Below are positions 37,401 through 46,000 of a stretch of 64,000 nucleotides of DNA, piece by piece; the stretch's first letter is position 1, and every line of letters starts with the position of its first letter. The DNA comes from Pseudomonadota bacterium (GTDB lineage: Bacteria; Myxococcota; JACRCW01; JAFGSX01): the NCBI GenBank assembly GCA_043821645.1, contig JBDRCO010000023.1, positions 32,001 through 96,000 on the forward strand. The letters run 5' to 3'. A program made the translations under genes and the position numbers. A model generated the notes under the pieces. The model did not search any database and was not told the origin of the DNA. It saw only the letters and a program-made list of their open reading frames with translations.

Positions 37401-39402
37401 CCATGGCCTCGCCGCTGATGGGCCGCGGCTGCTGCTTGAGGTTCTCGAGGGCTTGACCGGCGCCGGCGTCGTTGTACGACTGCGCGCGCATCTCGGTCTT
37501 CATCTTCTCGTAGTCGCCCACGGCGATGCCGGTCTGGCCCTTGGCCTGGGCCGCGCTGGCGTACTTCTCGTAGGTCTGGAACTTCTTGCGCGCCTCGGGG
37601 GACAGGTTGTCCCAGTTCTCCTTGGCGTACTTCTTGAAGTCGGCGAACTCCTTGCCCGCGGCCTGGTTGTCCAGGTCCTTGGTGCCGTCGATGATGGCCT
37701 TCTCCATGGCCTCACCGGTGATGGGCTTGGGCTGCTGCTTCAGGTTCTCGATCGCCGCGCCAGCGCCGCTGTCCTTGTAGCCGGCCTTGGCCATGTCGCC
37801 GGCCATCTTGGCGTACTCGCCGATGGGGATGCCGGTCTGGCCCTGGGCCTGGGCCTTGTGGGCGGCCTTCTCGTAGACCTCGAACTTGGCCTTGGCGTCG
37901 GGGGTCATGCGACCCCAGTTCTCCTGGGCGAACTTCTTGAAGTCCGCGAACTCGGCGCCCGCGGCCTGGTTGTCCAGGTCGGCGGTGCCGGCCAGGATGG
38001 CCTTCATCATGTCGTCGCCGGTGATGGGGCCCGGCTTGTTCTTGAGGGCGTCGATGGCCGCGCCCGCGCTCTGGTCAAAGTACTGCGGCAGATGTGGCTT
38101 GATCGGGGGAGGCACGAAGCCGCCGGTGGGACCAAAGGGTCCCTGGCCCCCTGGAGGCATGAAGCCGCCGGCGCCCGCCAGGGCCTGGGCGATGTTGGCG
38201 AACTGACCGAGCGAGCGCATGGAGTTCAAGACCTGGGACATGTTGCCCAGGGCCTTCATGCCATCGGGCAAGCCGAAGCCCATGCCACCGCCCATGCCAC
38301 CGAACATGCCCGGAGGCGCCGCCTGGCTTTGCATGCTGCTCCACAGCAGCGACAGGTACTCGGCCATGTTGGCCTGATCGGCGCCACCCTGCGGGATGCC
38401 ACCGCCGCCCGCCGCGGTCTGTGGCAGGTAGCCACCGCCGAACATCTGGGTCAGCAGGTGGTCGGCGTGGAACACGCTGCCCAGCATGGCTGCCGAGCCC
38501 GGATCCATGCCGAAGCGGCCGGACACGAAGTCGAGCACGTTGTCGCGCAGCATGTTGCCCCAGGCGTTGGAGCCAAAGGGCGGGCGCAGGTTGGGATCGA
38601 TGCGGTAGGGCTGGCCGTTGACGCTCTGCTCGTAGGCACCGGTCTTGGCGTCCATATGGGCGCCGGTGATCTCGCCCTGGTTGCGGCCACCGCGCACCAG
38701 GAACCAGTCGTCGCCGTCGCCACCGAGCTTGAAGGTGTCGCGGCCCGGGTTCTCGGCCATGTGTGCCGCGCGCCACTCGTAGCCGTCCTGCTTGACGCCG
38801 CTGACGCTGGGCTTCTTGTCGAGATTGGTCACGGACACGTGGTCCGTGCCGTTGGTGATGTCGAGGCCGGTGGTGACCGAGTAGCCCTTCTCGCTCGAGG
38901 TCTGCGCCGCGATGCGGGTGCCGTCGGGCAGCACGAAGTCACTGGACTTGGTGAAGTCCCACTTGCCGCCATCCGCCTCGGTGACGTGCGGGTCGCCGTG
39001 GACGTGGGTGGCCGGCTTGTCGGTCGGCTTCTGGCCGGGGTTGAAGACCTTCCACGAGGTGTTGCCCTCGGGCACCACGGTGTAGCCACCGGCGGTACGC
39101 ACCGAGCCGGCCGGCCAGCCCGGGGGGTCCTTCTGCAGGCCCTTGCCCGCAGGGGCGCCGGACAGCTCGACCTCGGGCCGCGGCACCGCGCCCAGGGTGA
39201 AACTGACCGAGCCGGACAGGATCATGTTGCCGGCCTGGGCACTGAGCTGAAAGGCGGAGGCGAAGTTGATCAGCGACGCGCCCTCGGTGCTTCCCACCGA
39301 GCCGAAGCCCGCCATCACCGTGTTGGTGAAGTTGGCCTCGCTCATGCCGAACATCTGGAAGGTGTTGAGCTGGAAGGACCCCGACGAGAAATTCAGATTC
39401 AT
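34444..39402 (-). CDS. 1652-aa protein: DUF1521/MIIA-like GDPH domain, Gly/Met-rich linker and 12 x 101-aa repeats
   Basis: AGGAG RBS before MNLNFSS; HVHGDPHV...WDF...FVLPDGTRI; extreme GC3 bias; no signal peptide and no Cys seen. Confidence 0.85.
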   Translation of the reverse strand: MNLNFSSGSFQLNTFQMFGMSEANFTNTVMAGFGSVGSTEGASLINFASAFQLSAQAGNMILSGSVSFTLGAVPRPEVELSGAPAGKGLQKDPPGWPAGSVRTAGGYTVVPEGNTSWKVFNPGQKPTDKPATHVHGDPHVTEADGGKWDFTKSSDFVLPDGTRIAAQTSSEKGYSVTTGLDITNGTDHVSVTNLDKKPSVSGVKQDGYEWRAAHMAENPGRDTFKLGGDGDDWFLVRGGRNQGEITGAHMDAKTGAYEQSVNGQPYRIDPNLRPPFGSNAWGNMLRDNVLDFVSGRFGMDPGSAAMLGSVFHADHLLTQMFGGGYLPQTAAGGGGIPQGGADQANMAEYLSLLWSSMQSQAAPPGMFGGMGGGMGFGLPDGMKALGNMSQVLNSMRSLGQFANIAQALAGAGGFMPPGGQGPFGPTGGFVPPPIKPHLPQYFDQSAGAAIDALKNKPGPITGDDMMKAILAGTADLDNQAAGAEFADFKKFAQENWGRMTPDAKAKFEVYEKAAHKAQAQGQTGIPIGEYAKMAGDMAKAGYKDSGAGAAIENLKQQPKPITGEAMEKAIIDGTKDLDNQAAGKEFADFKKYAKENWDNLSPEARKKFQTYEKYASAAQAKGQTGIAVGDYEKMKTEMRAQSYNDAGAGQALENLKQQPRPISGEAMEKAIIDGTKDLDGQAAGKEFADISKFAKENWDQLSPDAKAKYGVYEKYAKDAQAKGQTGIKVADYDKMQAEMKTAGYKDTGAGAAIENLKQQKTPISGEAMEKAIIDGTKDFDNQAAGKEFADFQKFAKENWNSLSPDAKAKYEVYAKHAEANKAKGNTGIPVQEYEQMKAEMKGAGYQDQGAGAAVENLKQQPKPISGEALEKAIIDGTKDFDNQAAGKEYNDLSKYVKENWNNLSPDAQAKWGVYEKHAEANRAKGNTGIPVQEYNQMKAEMRRTGYADPGAGAAIENLKKQPQPISGEAMERAIINGTQDFDNQAAGKEFADFQKYAKENWDKMSPDAQAKFQVYEKYAQAAQAKGQTGIKASEYEKMKGEMKTAGYQDAGAGAAIQDLKNQPKPISGEAMEKAIIEGTKDFDNQAAGKEFADFQKYAKENWKDLSPEAKAKYQVYEKHAEQNRAKGNTGIPVQEYEQMKAEMKTAGYKDAGAGAAIEGLKGQPKPISGEAMEKAIVDGTADFDNQAAGKEFADFEKFAKENWNDLSPDAKAKYEVYAKHAKANQAKGNTGIPVAEYEQMKAEMKTAGYKDAGAGAAVEGLKQQPKPISGAAMEKAIIDGTADLDGQAAGKEYDDLSKYVKENWNNLSPDAQAKWGVYEKHAEANRAKGNTGIPVAEYNQMKNEMRAAGYKDAGAGAAIEGLKQGAQPVSGADMEKAIIDGTKDLDGQAAGKEFADFAKYAKENWNNLSPDAKAKYQVYEKYAQAARAKGQSGINVADYDKMKAEMKTAGYQDAGAGSAIAGLKDGPRPISGDAMEKAIIDGTKDLDNQAAGKEFADFQKFAKEHWNELSPEAKAKYEVYEKHAQRNQARGNTGIPVGEYERMKAEMHTAGYRDAGAGAAIAELKDKPGVISGRDFENALIKGTADLDGQAAGNEYADFKKFATENWGRMSPSARAKFEMYEGFAQAAQARGMTGIPVNEYAAMIAAMKTID
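34447..38082 (-). repeat. Coding tandem array, 12 units of 303 nt
   Basis: Twelve copies of D(L/F)D(N/G)QAAG.E(F/Y).D..K...E.W; antisense shadow ORFs recur at a 303-nt period (35765, 36068, 36371, 36674). Confidence 0.95.
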
Positions 39403-39473
39403 GGCACGCTCCTGCCGACCTGTGCCCCCGGGCACCTCGGCGTTGGTAAACCTGGCCAGAGTTGACTACGAAA

Positions 39474-39675
39474 CTTATCGCTCTATCGTGCGGGGCGTTG
39501 CGCGAATCGACCTCGCGCAATCCGTCGATCGACCGATAAGCGCTCCCCCTCCTCGACAGACTGGACTGAATGGTTTTTTGAACCGCGCAATGTCTTATCA
39601 CTTGGCCTGATAAGCTTGCAAGTGCATATTTTGTAATATATTGTTATTTTAGAGTTTTTTATTATCTTATCAAAG
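39474..39675. promoter_or_regulatory. Palindrome-rich, AT-rich divergent control region
   Basis: TTGCGCGA-N7-TCGCGCAA (39498-39520), CTTATCA-N7-TGATAAG (39594-39614), five CTTATC/GATAAG hexamers, and an AT-rich tract at about 39625-39675. Confidence 0.65.
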
Positions 39676-39985
39676 TTGAGATCGCGATCACATTCGAGAT
39701 CCGGCCCCGCGTGTTGACGCCGGCACCGGGGTCGACGGTCTCGCAATACGAGGCTGAAGCCCCGCGACCCGGGTTCAACAACGCCCCAAGGTGTCCTTAG
39801 TGTGCCCACAACCCCACGGAGCCACGCGGCCCTGCGCCAGGTCAGCTCGGAGCGGGTCATGTCCACGAGGACCGAAGGACAGTGCTCGCGGCAGAGCACC
39901 AAGGTTTCCCCGCCAAGGGCCACGCCCCCAGCCTCGAGATCGCGCTTTGGCAGCCGCGGCACAGCCGGTGTAGCATCGGTCTCGC

Positions 39986-41758
39986 ATGCCGTTTCTCCGC
40001 TATACGTCCCAGCAAGGACAGGTCGAGCACCTGGAACTGGCCAAACCCGAGGTCATCATCGGACGCCTGTCCAAGTGTGACATCGTTTTGACCCGACCCA
40101 CCGTGTCCCGTCGCCACGCCCGGGTGTACCGGACGGGCAACCACTGGTACATCGCGGACCTCGGGTCCTCCCACGGCACCCTGGTCAACGAGCAGCCAGC
40201 CACGGATCGCGCCCTGGTGGACGGCGACGCCATTCGCATCGGCAGTGCGGCCGTGACCTACCTGGAACGCCAGGACGGCGCACCCGGTCCGTCAGTCCAG
40301 CCTGTTCCCCGCTCGCTCAACCTTGGACTCGGCAGTGACAGCGGCGAGAGCTCCCCGCTGCGCGACCTGGCGACCGAGGACAGCCGCGACGACATCGTGG
40401 CCGAGCAGGCCCTGGACCATGGCCGTCTGATGCAGACCATGGCCCAGGCGCGACGCCTCGACGTCACGCGCATCATCGAGAATCCGCACGCCCTGATGGC
40501 AGACCTGGAAGCCCAGGCCGGCCCGGCCGCCGCCCCGCGCGAGGTCACCCAGCCCAAGATCCCCAGGGCCGGAACGCCTGCCCAGGGCAGCGATGTGGCC
40601 AGCCACCTGCTGACCCTGGTGCGCATCAGCGACGAGCTTCGCCGCGCCACCGACGCCGAGGCGGTGTGCCGGACCTCGGTGGACATGCTCCTGAGCGCCA
40701 CCCGTGCCAGTCGCGGTGTGATCGCCCTGAGCACCCCCGACGGCACCTTCGTCCCCGTGGTGCAGCGGACCCGGGAGGGCGAGGCCAACGTGCGCGTGAG
40801 CCAGACCTTCGTCGACCGCGTGGTGCGCAAGAGGGTCGGCCTGGTGGCCCTGGACACGGGACAGGATCAGGCCCTGTCCATGGCGCGCAGCGTGGTGGCG
40901 TTCAACATCCAGTCCATCCTGTGCGCGCCGCTGTGGGACGGCGAGGACATCCTGGGCTACCTGTACCTGGACAGCACCGGCGTGCATCGCACCTTTGGCC
41001 CCAGTGACCTCGACTTCGCCGTGGCCGTGGGCCACCAGGCTGCCGCCGAGATCAAGCGCTTGCGCCTGGTCGAGCAGATCCGCGAGGAGCAGGAGCGGCG
41101 GCGCAACCTGGGCCGATTCCTGTCCGCCGACGTCATCACCCACATCGAGGAGGAGGCCAAGGCAGGCCGCCTGGACCCCACGCTGTCGGCCAGCGAGCAG
41201 GTGGTGACCATCCTCTTCTCGGACATCAAGGGCTTCACCAGCCTGAGCGAGCGCATGGCACCGGCCGAGGTCAAGAAGTTGCTCGACGACTACTTTGGCC
41301 GCATGACAGAGATCATCGTCGACCGCTACAAGGGCACCCTCGACAAGTACATCGGTGACGCCATCATGGCGCTGTTCGGCGCGCCCTACTCGTCGGGTAC
41401 CGAGAACGATGCCCGCAACGCCGTGGCCGCGGCTGTGGCCATGCGCGACACCGTCGACAAGCTGCGCAAGGAGCGCGACGAGTACGCGCAGGTGCAGATC
41501 CGCCTGGGCATCAACACCGGACGCGTGGTGGCCGGCACCATGGGCTCGCAGCGTCGCCTCGAGTACTCGGTGCTGGGTGACGCGGTCAATGTGGCGAGCC
41601 GCCTGGAGAGCACGGGCGAGGCGGGGGCGATCCAGATCGGTGAGTCCACCTACGAGAAGGTGCGCGACGTCTTCGATTGCCGCTTCTCGGGCGAGCGCAA
41701 GGTCAAGAACAGGGCACAGACCGTCGCCGCATGGTGGGTGATCGGCCCCAAGAAGTAG
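39986..41758 (+). CDS. FHA-GAF-class III adenylate cyclase
   Basis: FHA IIGR..VSRRHA..DLGSSHGT; GAF SILCAPL..GYLYLD; cyclase FSDIKGFT, DKYIGDAIM and GDAVNVASRLE. Confidence 0.92.
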   Translation: MPFLRYTSQQGQVEHLELAKPEVIIGRLSKCDIVLTRPTVSRRHARVYRTGNHWYIADLGSSHGTLVNEQPATDRALVDGDAIRIGSAAVTYLERQDGAPGPSVQPVPRSLNLGLGSDSGESSPLRDLATEDSRDDIVAEQALDHGRLMQTMAQARRLDVTRIIENPHALMADLEAQAGPAAAPREVTQPKIPRAGTPAQGSDVASHLLTLVRISDELRRATDAEAVCRTSVDMLLSATRASRGVIALSTPDGTFVPVVQRTREGEANVRVSQTFVDRVVRKRVGLVALDTGQDQALSMARSVVAFNIQSILCAPLWDGEDILGYLYLDSTGVHRTFGPSDLDFAVAVGHQAAAEIKRLRLVEQIREEQERRRNLGRFLSADVITHIEEEAKAGRLDPTLSASEQVVTILFSDIKGFTSLSERMAPAEVKKLLDDYFGRMTEIIVDRYKGTLDKYIGDAIMALFGAPYSSGTENDARNAVAAAVAMRDTVDKLRKERDEYAQVQIRLGINTGRVVAGTMGSQRRLEYSVLGDAVNVASRLESTGEAGAIQIGESTYEKVRDVFDCRFSGERKVKNRAQTVAAWWVIGPKK

Positions 41759-41762
41759 CGCA

Positions 41763-42917
41763 TCAATCCTTTGCAGGGTGGGTCGTCGCTGATTTCTCCT
41801 CGAGCCGGGCGATGCCCGCGTGCAGGAACTTGCTGAGCACGCGCAGGGTTTCCAGCTCGCCCAGCGGCATGGCCACGACGAGGGTGGCCACGTCCCAGCG
41901 TCCACTCAGCCGCGAGGCCAGAAAGGTCTCGCGGTGGTTCAGGTGGTAGCGGTCCAGCGCTGTGATCGGAACGCTCAGCACCGGCGTCCAGTGCGGCGGG
42001 ATCTCCTGATACAGGGCCTCGAGATGTCGCGCCCGGACCTCGCGCAGCAGGCTGCGGACCTGGGCATCATCGGGCGCCACGTTGCTGGCCATCAGGAGCA
42101 GTTCTCCGGCCTCGACAAACTGCTTCTCGGCCATGAGCACCTGCGCGCTGTCCAGCAGCATGCGTTGCGGCCCGTTGCCACCCTCGGTCAGGTGATCGCC
42201 GGGAGCCGCCTCGGCGGAGACCAGGCCGAGCTGGTAGGCGCGGAACAAGGTCTGGTAGGCGTCAAAATGGCTGCTGCCAAGCCGGAGACACAGTTCCTGA
42301 CAGGCCATGGGCTGACCGTACTGACGCAGGATCTGCCATGCTGGATTGCTGCTGTTGCCGTCGAGGGCGCGAACCACGGTCATGTCACTGGGGAAGGCTG
42401 TGCGGATGCGCTGCCATTCGTCAAGGCGGCGCATGCCCTCGAACAGCAAGGAACGGGTGGACACCGCCGGCTCCAGGCGGCTGCTCGCCGGCAGATCGTG
42501 GGGTGTCAGGAGCTGGGCACTCGACCCCTGTTCCGAGAACAGAAAGCTCCCCTCGTCGCGGAAGAACAGGTCGAGGACACGGCTCATGGTGTGTTCGCGA
42601 TGGATCCGCGCCAGGGCCCTGTCGTCGATCCATCCCTTGCGGAACAGCACCTCGACCAGGCTGGCCCCCTGCCGGGTCTCCTGCACCGCCTGGTACAGCC
42701 TGTCCTCGTCGAGCACGCCGGAGCCCAGGAGATCCTGTCCCAGGTCGCGTTGCATGGACTCGCCGGTGTGCAGCGCCGCCAGGTCGCCCCGGGCAAACAC
42801 CAGGATCGTGTCCACCATGTCGACGGTGAGCGTCAGGACCCCCGACTTGGTGGATCCGTGCAGCCACTGCAGCAGATCGCACAGAGGCATGGTGTCCAGG
42901 GTCCCGGAGAGCGACAT
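41763..42917 (-). CDS. DUF4388 (PatA-N-like) domain protein
   Basis: MSLSGTLDTMPLCDLLQWL..KSGVL...LLFEGMRRLDEW; TPR-like helix pair near the C-terminus. Confidence 0.85.
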   Translation of the reverse strand: MSLSGTLDTMPLCDLLQWLHGSTKSGVLTLTVDMVDTILVFARGDLAALHTGESMQRDLGQDLLGSGVLDEDRLYQAVQETRQGASLVEVLFRKGWIDDRALARIHREHTMSRVLDLFFRDEGSFLFSEQGSSAQLLTPHDLPASSRLEPAVSTRSLLFEGMRRLDEWQRIRTAFPSDMTVVRALDGNSSNPAWQILRQYGQPMACQELCLRLGSSHFDAYQTLFRAYQLGLVSAEAAPGDHLTEGGNGPQRMLLDSAQVLMAEKQFVEAGELLLMASNVAPDDAQVRSLLREVRARHLEALYQEIPPHWTPVLSVPITALDRYHLNHRETFLASRLSGRWDVATLVVAMPLGELETLRVLSKFLHAGIARLEEKSATTHPAKD

Positions 42918-42976
42918 GCTTGAGTCTCCAAACCCGCATGTTTGTCAATGCACGTCCGGGTGTAAAGCGGGCTAGC

Positions 42977-44113
42977 TCAGCGCAGCGCGGTGCCCACCGC
43001 AACACCGACGAAGGTGGCCACGGCGTAGCCCAGGGTGCCGCACAGGATGGCGGGAATGACCAGCCTCTCCCAGCGCCGGGCAGCAGCCATCGCTGCAGCG
43101 GTGGTCGGGCCCCCCATGTTGGCGTTGCTGGCGATGACCACCTCGGCGAGATCCAGGCGCAGCAACCATCCGGCGAGGAGGATGGTGATCAGGTGCACCA
43201 GCAGGATGAGGCCTGCGAAGGCGAACAGCACGGGCCCCACCCGCAGCACCACGTGAATGCTCGCGCTGGCGCCGATCGCCGCGAAGAAGACCTGCATGAG
43301 CAGTCCCCCCAGCATCTCGGCACCGCGAATGGCAGCGAGCCAGCGCGGCGCGAGAGTGGCCAGGGTGACGACGAGCGCGGTCAGGATGAGGATGCCGCTC
43401 CCCTTGAGGTTCAGCAGCTTCTCGAGGCCGAAGGACAGGGCACAAAGTAGCGCGCTCAGGCTCAGTGCGGTCGCCATGTCGAGCAGACCTGGCCTGTTGT
43501 CCGTGGTGCCATCGGCCGGTCCTGCCTCGACCAGGTTCTCGTGGCCGCGATCGCGGTAGCGCCGGCGCAGCCAGCTCCACGACGGCAGCGCGAACAGCAC
43601 CAGAAAGTACACGGTCATGACGAGGTTGTCGGCTGCGACGCCCGCCGCCAGCAGATCTCCCGAGGTCAGGCCCGTGGCCCCGGCCGCAGCGACGTAGTTG
43701 AGCGAACCACCGACGTAGGTGGCGCAGAAGATCGCCGCCAGCTGCCAGCCGTGCTCCCCGAGGGGGATGAGGTGATAGGCCAGCACCGTCCCGAACACCG
43801 TTCCCACTCCACCCGCGAGGTATGCCACGAGCGTGGGTCCCGCCTCGCGCACGATGCGCCGCAGGTTGGCCCGAAACAGCAGCAAGGGGATGGCGAGGGG
43901 AACCAGGTAGGCCCACACGGCGTCATAGGTGGGGGCATCGCTCGGGATGAGACGCAGGTTGGACAGCACGAAGGTCACGAGGATGGCCACCACGACCGCG
44001 GACAGGCGTGCTCCCCAGCGTGTGCGCTCTGCCCACAGGCCAGCGGCGGCAGCACCGAGCAGCACTGCCCACAGTGCCCAGTGTTGATCGGCTGTGATCA
44101 GGGTGTCCGCCAT
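42977..44113 (-). CDS. DUF819-family membrane protein
   Basis: YLVPLAIPLLLF, ATYVGGSLNY, VAADNL and IASNANMGGPTTA; GAGGAG RBS before MADTL. Confidence 0.88.
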   Translation of the reverse strand: MADTLITADQHWALWAVLLGAAAAGLWAERTRWGARLSAVVVAILVTFVLSNLRLIPSDAPTYDAVWAYLVPLAIPLLLFRANLRRIVREAGPTLVAYLAGGVGTVFGTVLAYHLIPLGEHGWQLAAIFCATYVGGSLNYVAAAGATGLTSGDLLAAGVAADNLVMTVYFLVLFALPSWSWLRRRYRDRGHENLVEAGPADGTTDNRPGLLDMATALSLSALLCALSFGLEKLLNLKGSGILILTALVVTLATLAPRWLAAIRGAEMLGGLLMQVFFAAIGASASIHVVLRVGPVLFAFAGLILLVHLITILLAGWLLRLDLAEVVIASNANMGGPTTAAAMAAARRWERLVIPAILCGTLGYAVATFVGVAVGTALR

Positions 44114-44251
44114 CTGCTCCTCGTCGCATGCGGTCGCGATCGCGCAAGGTAGCGTCGAGGCCGCGCGGGCACAAGGAGGGTTCGCGGCCCCTGTGACCTT
44201 GTCCGCGCTGGGTGCCTCGGGTAGATTGACCCGCCCCGTGACGAGGTAGTC

Positions 44252-46000
44252 ATGATGTTCACGCGAATCCTGCTGGCCTGCGCGACCCTGGCGACGCTGC
44301 CCGCCACCGTGCAGGCGGTCGAGGTCTATCCTCTGGACAAGGTGAATCGGGGGCTCAAGGGCCAGGGCGTCACCGTGATCGCCGGCGATGCTTTGACGCG
44401 GTTCGGGGTCACGGTGCTGGGTGTCCTGCCAGACTTCATCGGTCCGGGCCAGGACCTGATCCTCGCCCGCCTCGACGGCACCGAGGTCGAGTACACAGGC
44501 GTCATCTCGGGCATGAGCGGGTCCCCCGTGTACGTCGACGGCAAGCTGCTGGGCGCCGTGTCCTATCGCCTGGGCATGTTCAGCAAGGAGCCCATCGCCG
44601 GCATCACACCGGCGGCCCTCATGCTCGCTGCAGCAACACCCGCCGCCGCTCCGCGGGCACGTCGCACCCAGGTCACCGACGATGTGGACCTGCAGCAGCT
44701 GCGCCCCATCGACACACCCCTCGTCGTGGCGGGGGCACCGCCGGGTCTGATCGAATTCTACGCACCGCGTCTTCGCGAGCACGGCTTGATCGCGGTACGC
44801 GGAGGCGCTGGCGCACGCAGCGCGGCGCCTGCCAAACCCTTCGTGCCTGGTGGTGCCATGGCGGGGGTGCTGGTCGACGGGGACATCAACCTGGCTGCCA
44901 CGGGCACGGTGACCCTGGTCGAGGGAACGCGGATCATCGGTTTCGGACACCCTTTTCTGGGGCGAGGCGCCAGTGCCATTCCGCTCGCCACCGCAGAGAT
45001 CGTGGCCACGCTGCCATCGCTGGCTGGCTCCTCCAAGATCGGCGTGGTGACCGGCCTCGTGGGCACCCTCGTCGACGATCGATCCACGGCGGTGGTCGGG
45101 GAGGTGGGAGCCCTCCCTCCCATGGTGTCCCTGCAGCTCGACCTGGATGGCGATCCGCACCTGCTCGGTCACGACCAGAGCCGGGTGTTCCGTTTCAAGG
45201 TATTTCAGGACCCGACCCTGACGCCGCTGTTCGTCGAGCTGGCGATGGCCTCGGCCCTGGGGGGACGGGTAGGCTTCAACGCCGGTGGCAGCGCCGAGCT
45301 CCGGGTGAGCATCCAGGTGCCAGGTCGCACAGAACTCCGCATCGAGGAGAGGGTGTCGGTCAGCGACGGCGGCAGCGTGGCAGCAGTCGCCGCGAGGCTG
45401 GTCGGGAGTGCGGTGGGGACGCTGTGGAGCAATCGCTTCGAGCCTCTGCCCGGACTGCGCGTGACCGTGCGCGCGCGGCTGGCACGAGAACCCAGGCAGG
45501 CCACGTTGGTCAGCGCGCGGATCAGCCCGCCGGCGCTGCGCGCGGGAGAGTCGGCCGAGATCGAGGTGCAGCTGCAGGACTACCACGGTCAGCGCCGCAC
45601 CCTGAGGCAGCGCGTGAGCGTCCCCGAAGGGGAAGCCCCCGGCACCCTGCGGCTCCTCGTCGGTGGCGACGAGGCCGTGCGCAAGCTGGACCAGGATGCG
45701 GGACGAGATCGCGTGCCCACCACCCTCGATGACATCCTGCACTCCCTGGCGCAGCGCCGACAGGGTGATCGCCTGTACCTGGTGCTGGCGCGCGAGGACG
45801 CTGGCCTGCGCGTCGACGGAACCGCCCTGCCTGGCCTGCCACCGTCCATGCTTGGCGTACTGTCGAGGGGGAGTGAGGGCGTGCTGCGAGCTGCAACGAC
45901 CCAGCGCATCATCAATGAACAGAGCCTGGACCCCGGGCTGGTGATCCAGGGACAGATCTCGCTCGAGCTCGAGCTGTTGCCTCAGAGAGTATCCCCATGA
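44252..46000 (+). CDS. SpoIVB-like peptidase S55 domain protein, exported
   Basis: Signal peptide; GVISGMSGSPVYVDGKLLGAVS, AGITP and GFGHPF. Confidence 0.85.
   Translation: MMFTRILLACATLATLPATVQAVEVYPLDKVNRGLKGQGVTVIAGDALTRFGVTVLGVLPDFIGPGQDLILARLDGTEVEYTGVISGMSGSPVYVDGKLLGAVSYRLGMFSKEPIAGITPAALMLAAATPAAAPRARRTQVTDDVDLQQLRPIDTPLVVAGAPPGLIEFYAPRLREHGLIAVRGGAGARSAAPAKPFVPGGAMAGVLVDGDINLAATGTVTLVEGTRIIGFGHPFLGRGASAIPLATAEIVATLPSLAGSSKIGVVTGLVGTLVDDRSTAVVGEVGALPPMVSLQLDLDGDPHLLGHDQSRVFRFKVFQDPTLTPLFVELAMASALGGRVGFNAGGSAELRVSIQVPGRTELRIEERVSVSDGGSVAAVAARLVGSAVGTLWSNRFEPLPGLRVTVRARLAREPRQATLVSARISPPALRAGESAEIEVQLQDYHGQRRTLRQRVSVPEGEAPGTLRLLVGGDEAVRKLDQDAGRDRVPTTLDDILHSLAQRRQGDRLYLVLAREDAGLRVDGTALPGLPPSMLGVLSRGSEGVLRAATTQRIINEQSLDPGLVIQGQISLELELLPQRVSP

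Noticed and set aside
34447-38082. Possible CRISPR array or non-coding repeat
   Set aside because: The units are 303-nt in-frame coding repeats with no repeat-spacer structure, and no cas genes are present.
35743-39465. 1240-aa plus-strand ORF with repeats
   Set aside because: Antisense shadow of the repeat-protein gene. Strong GC3 bias removes stops on the opposite strand, and the RBS and terminator support the minus strand.
31944-39700. Genomic island integrated at tRNA-Phe (likewise at tRNA-Gln)
   Set aside because: No integrase, and no duplicated tRNA 3' end found by eye; downstream genes have host-like composition. The search was not exhaustive.
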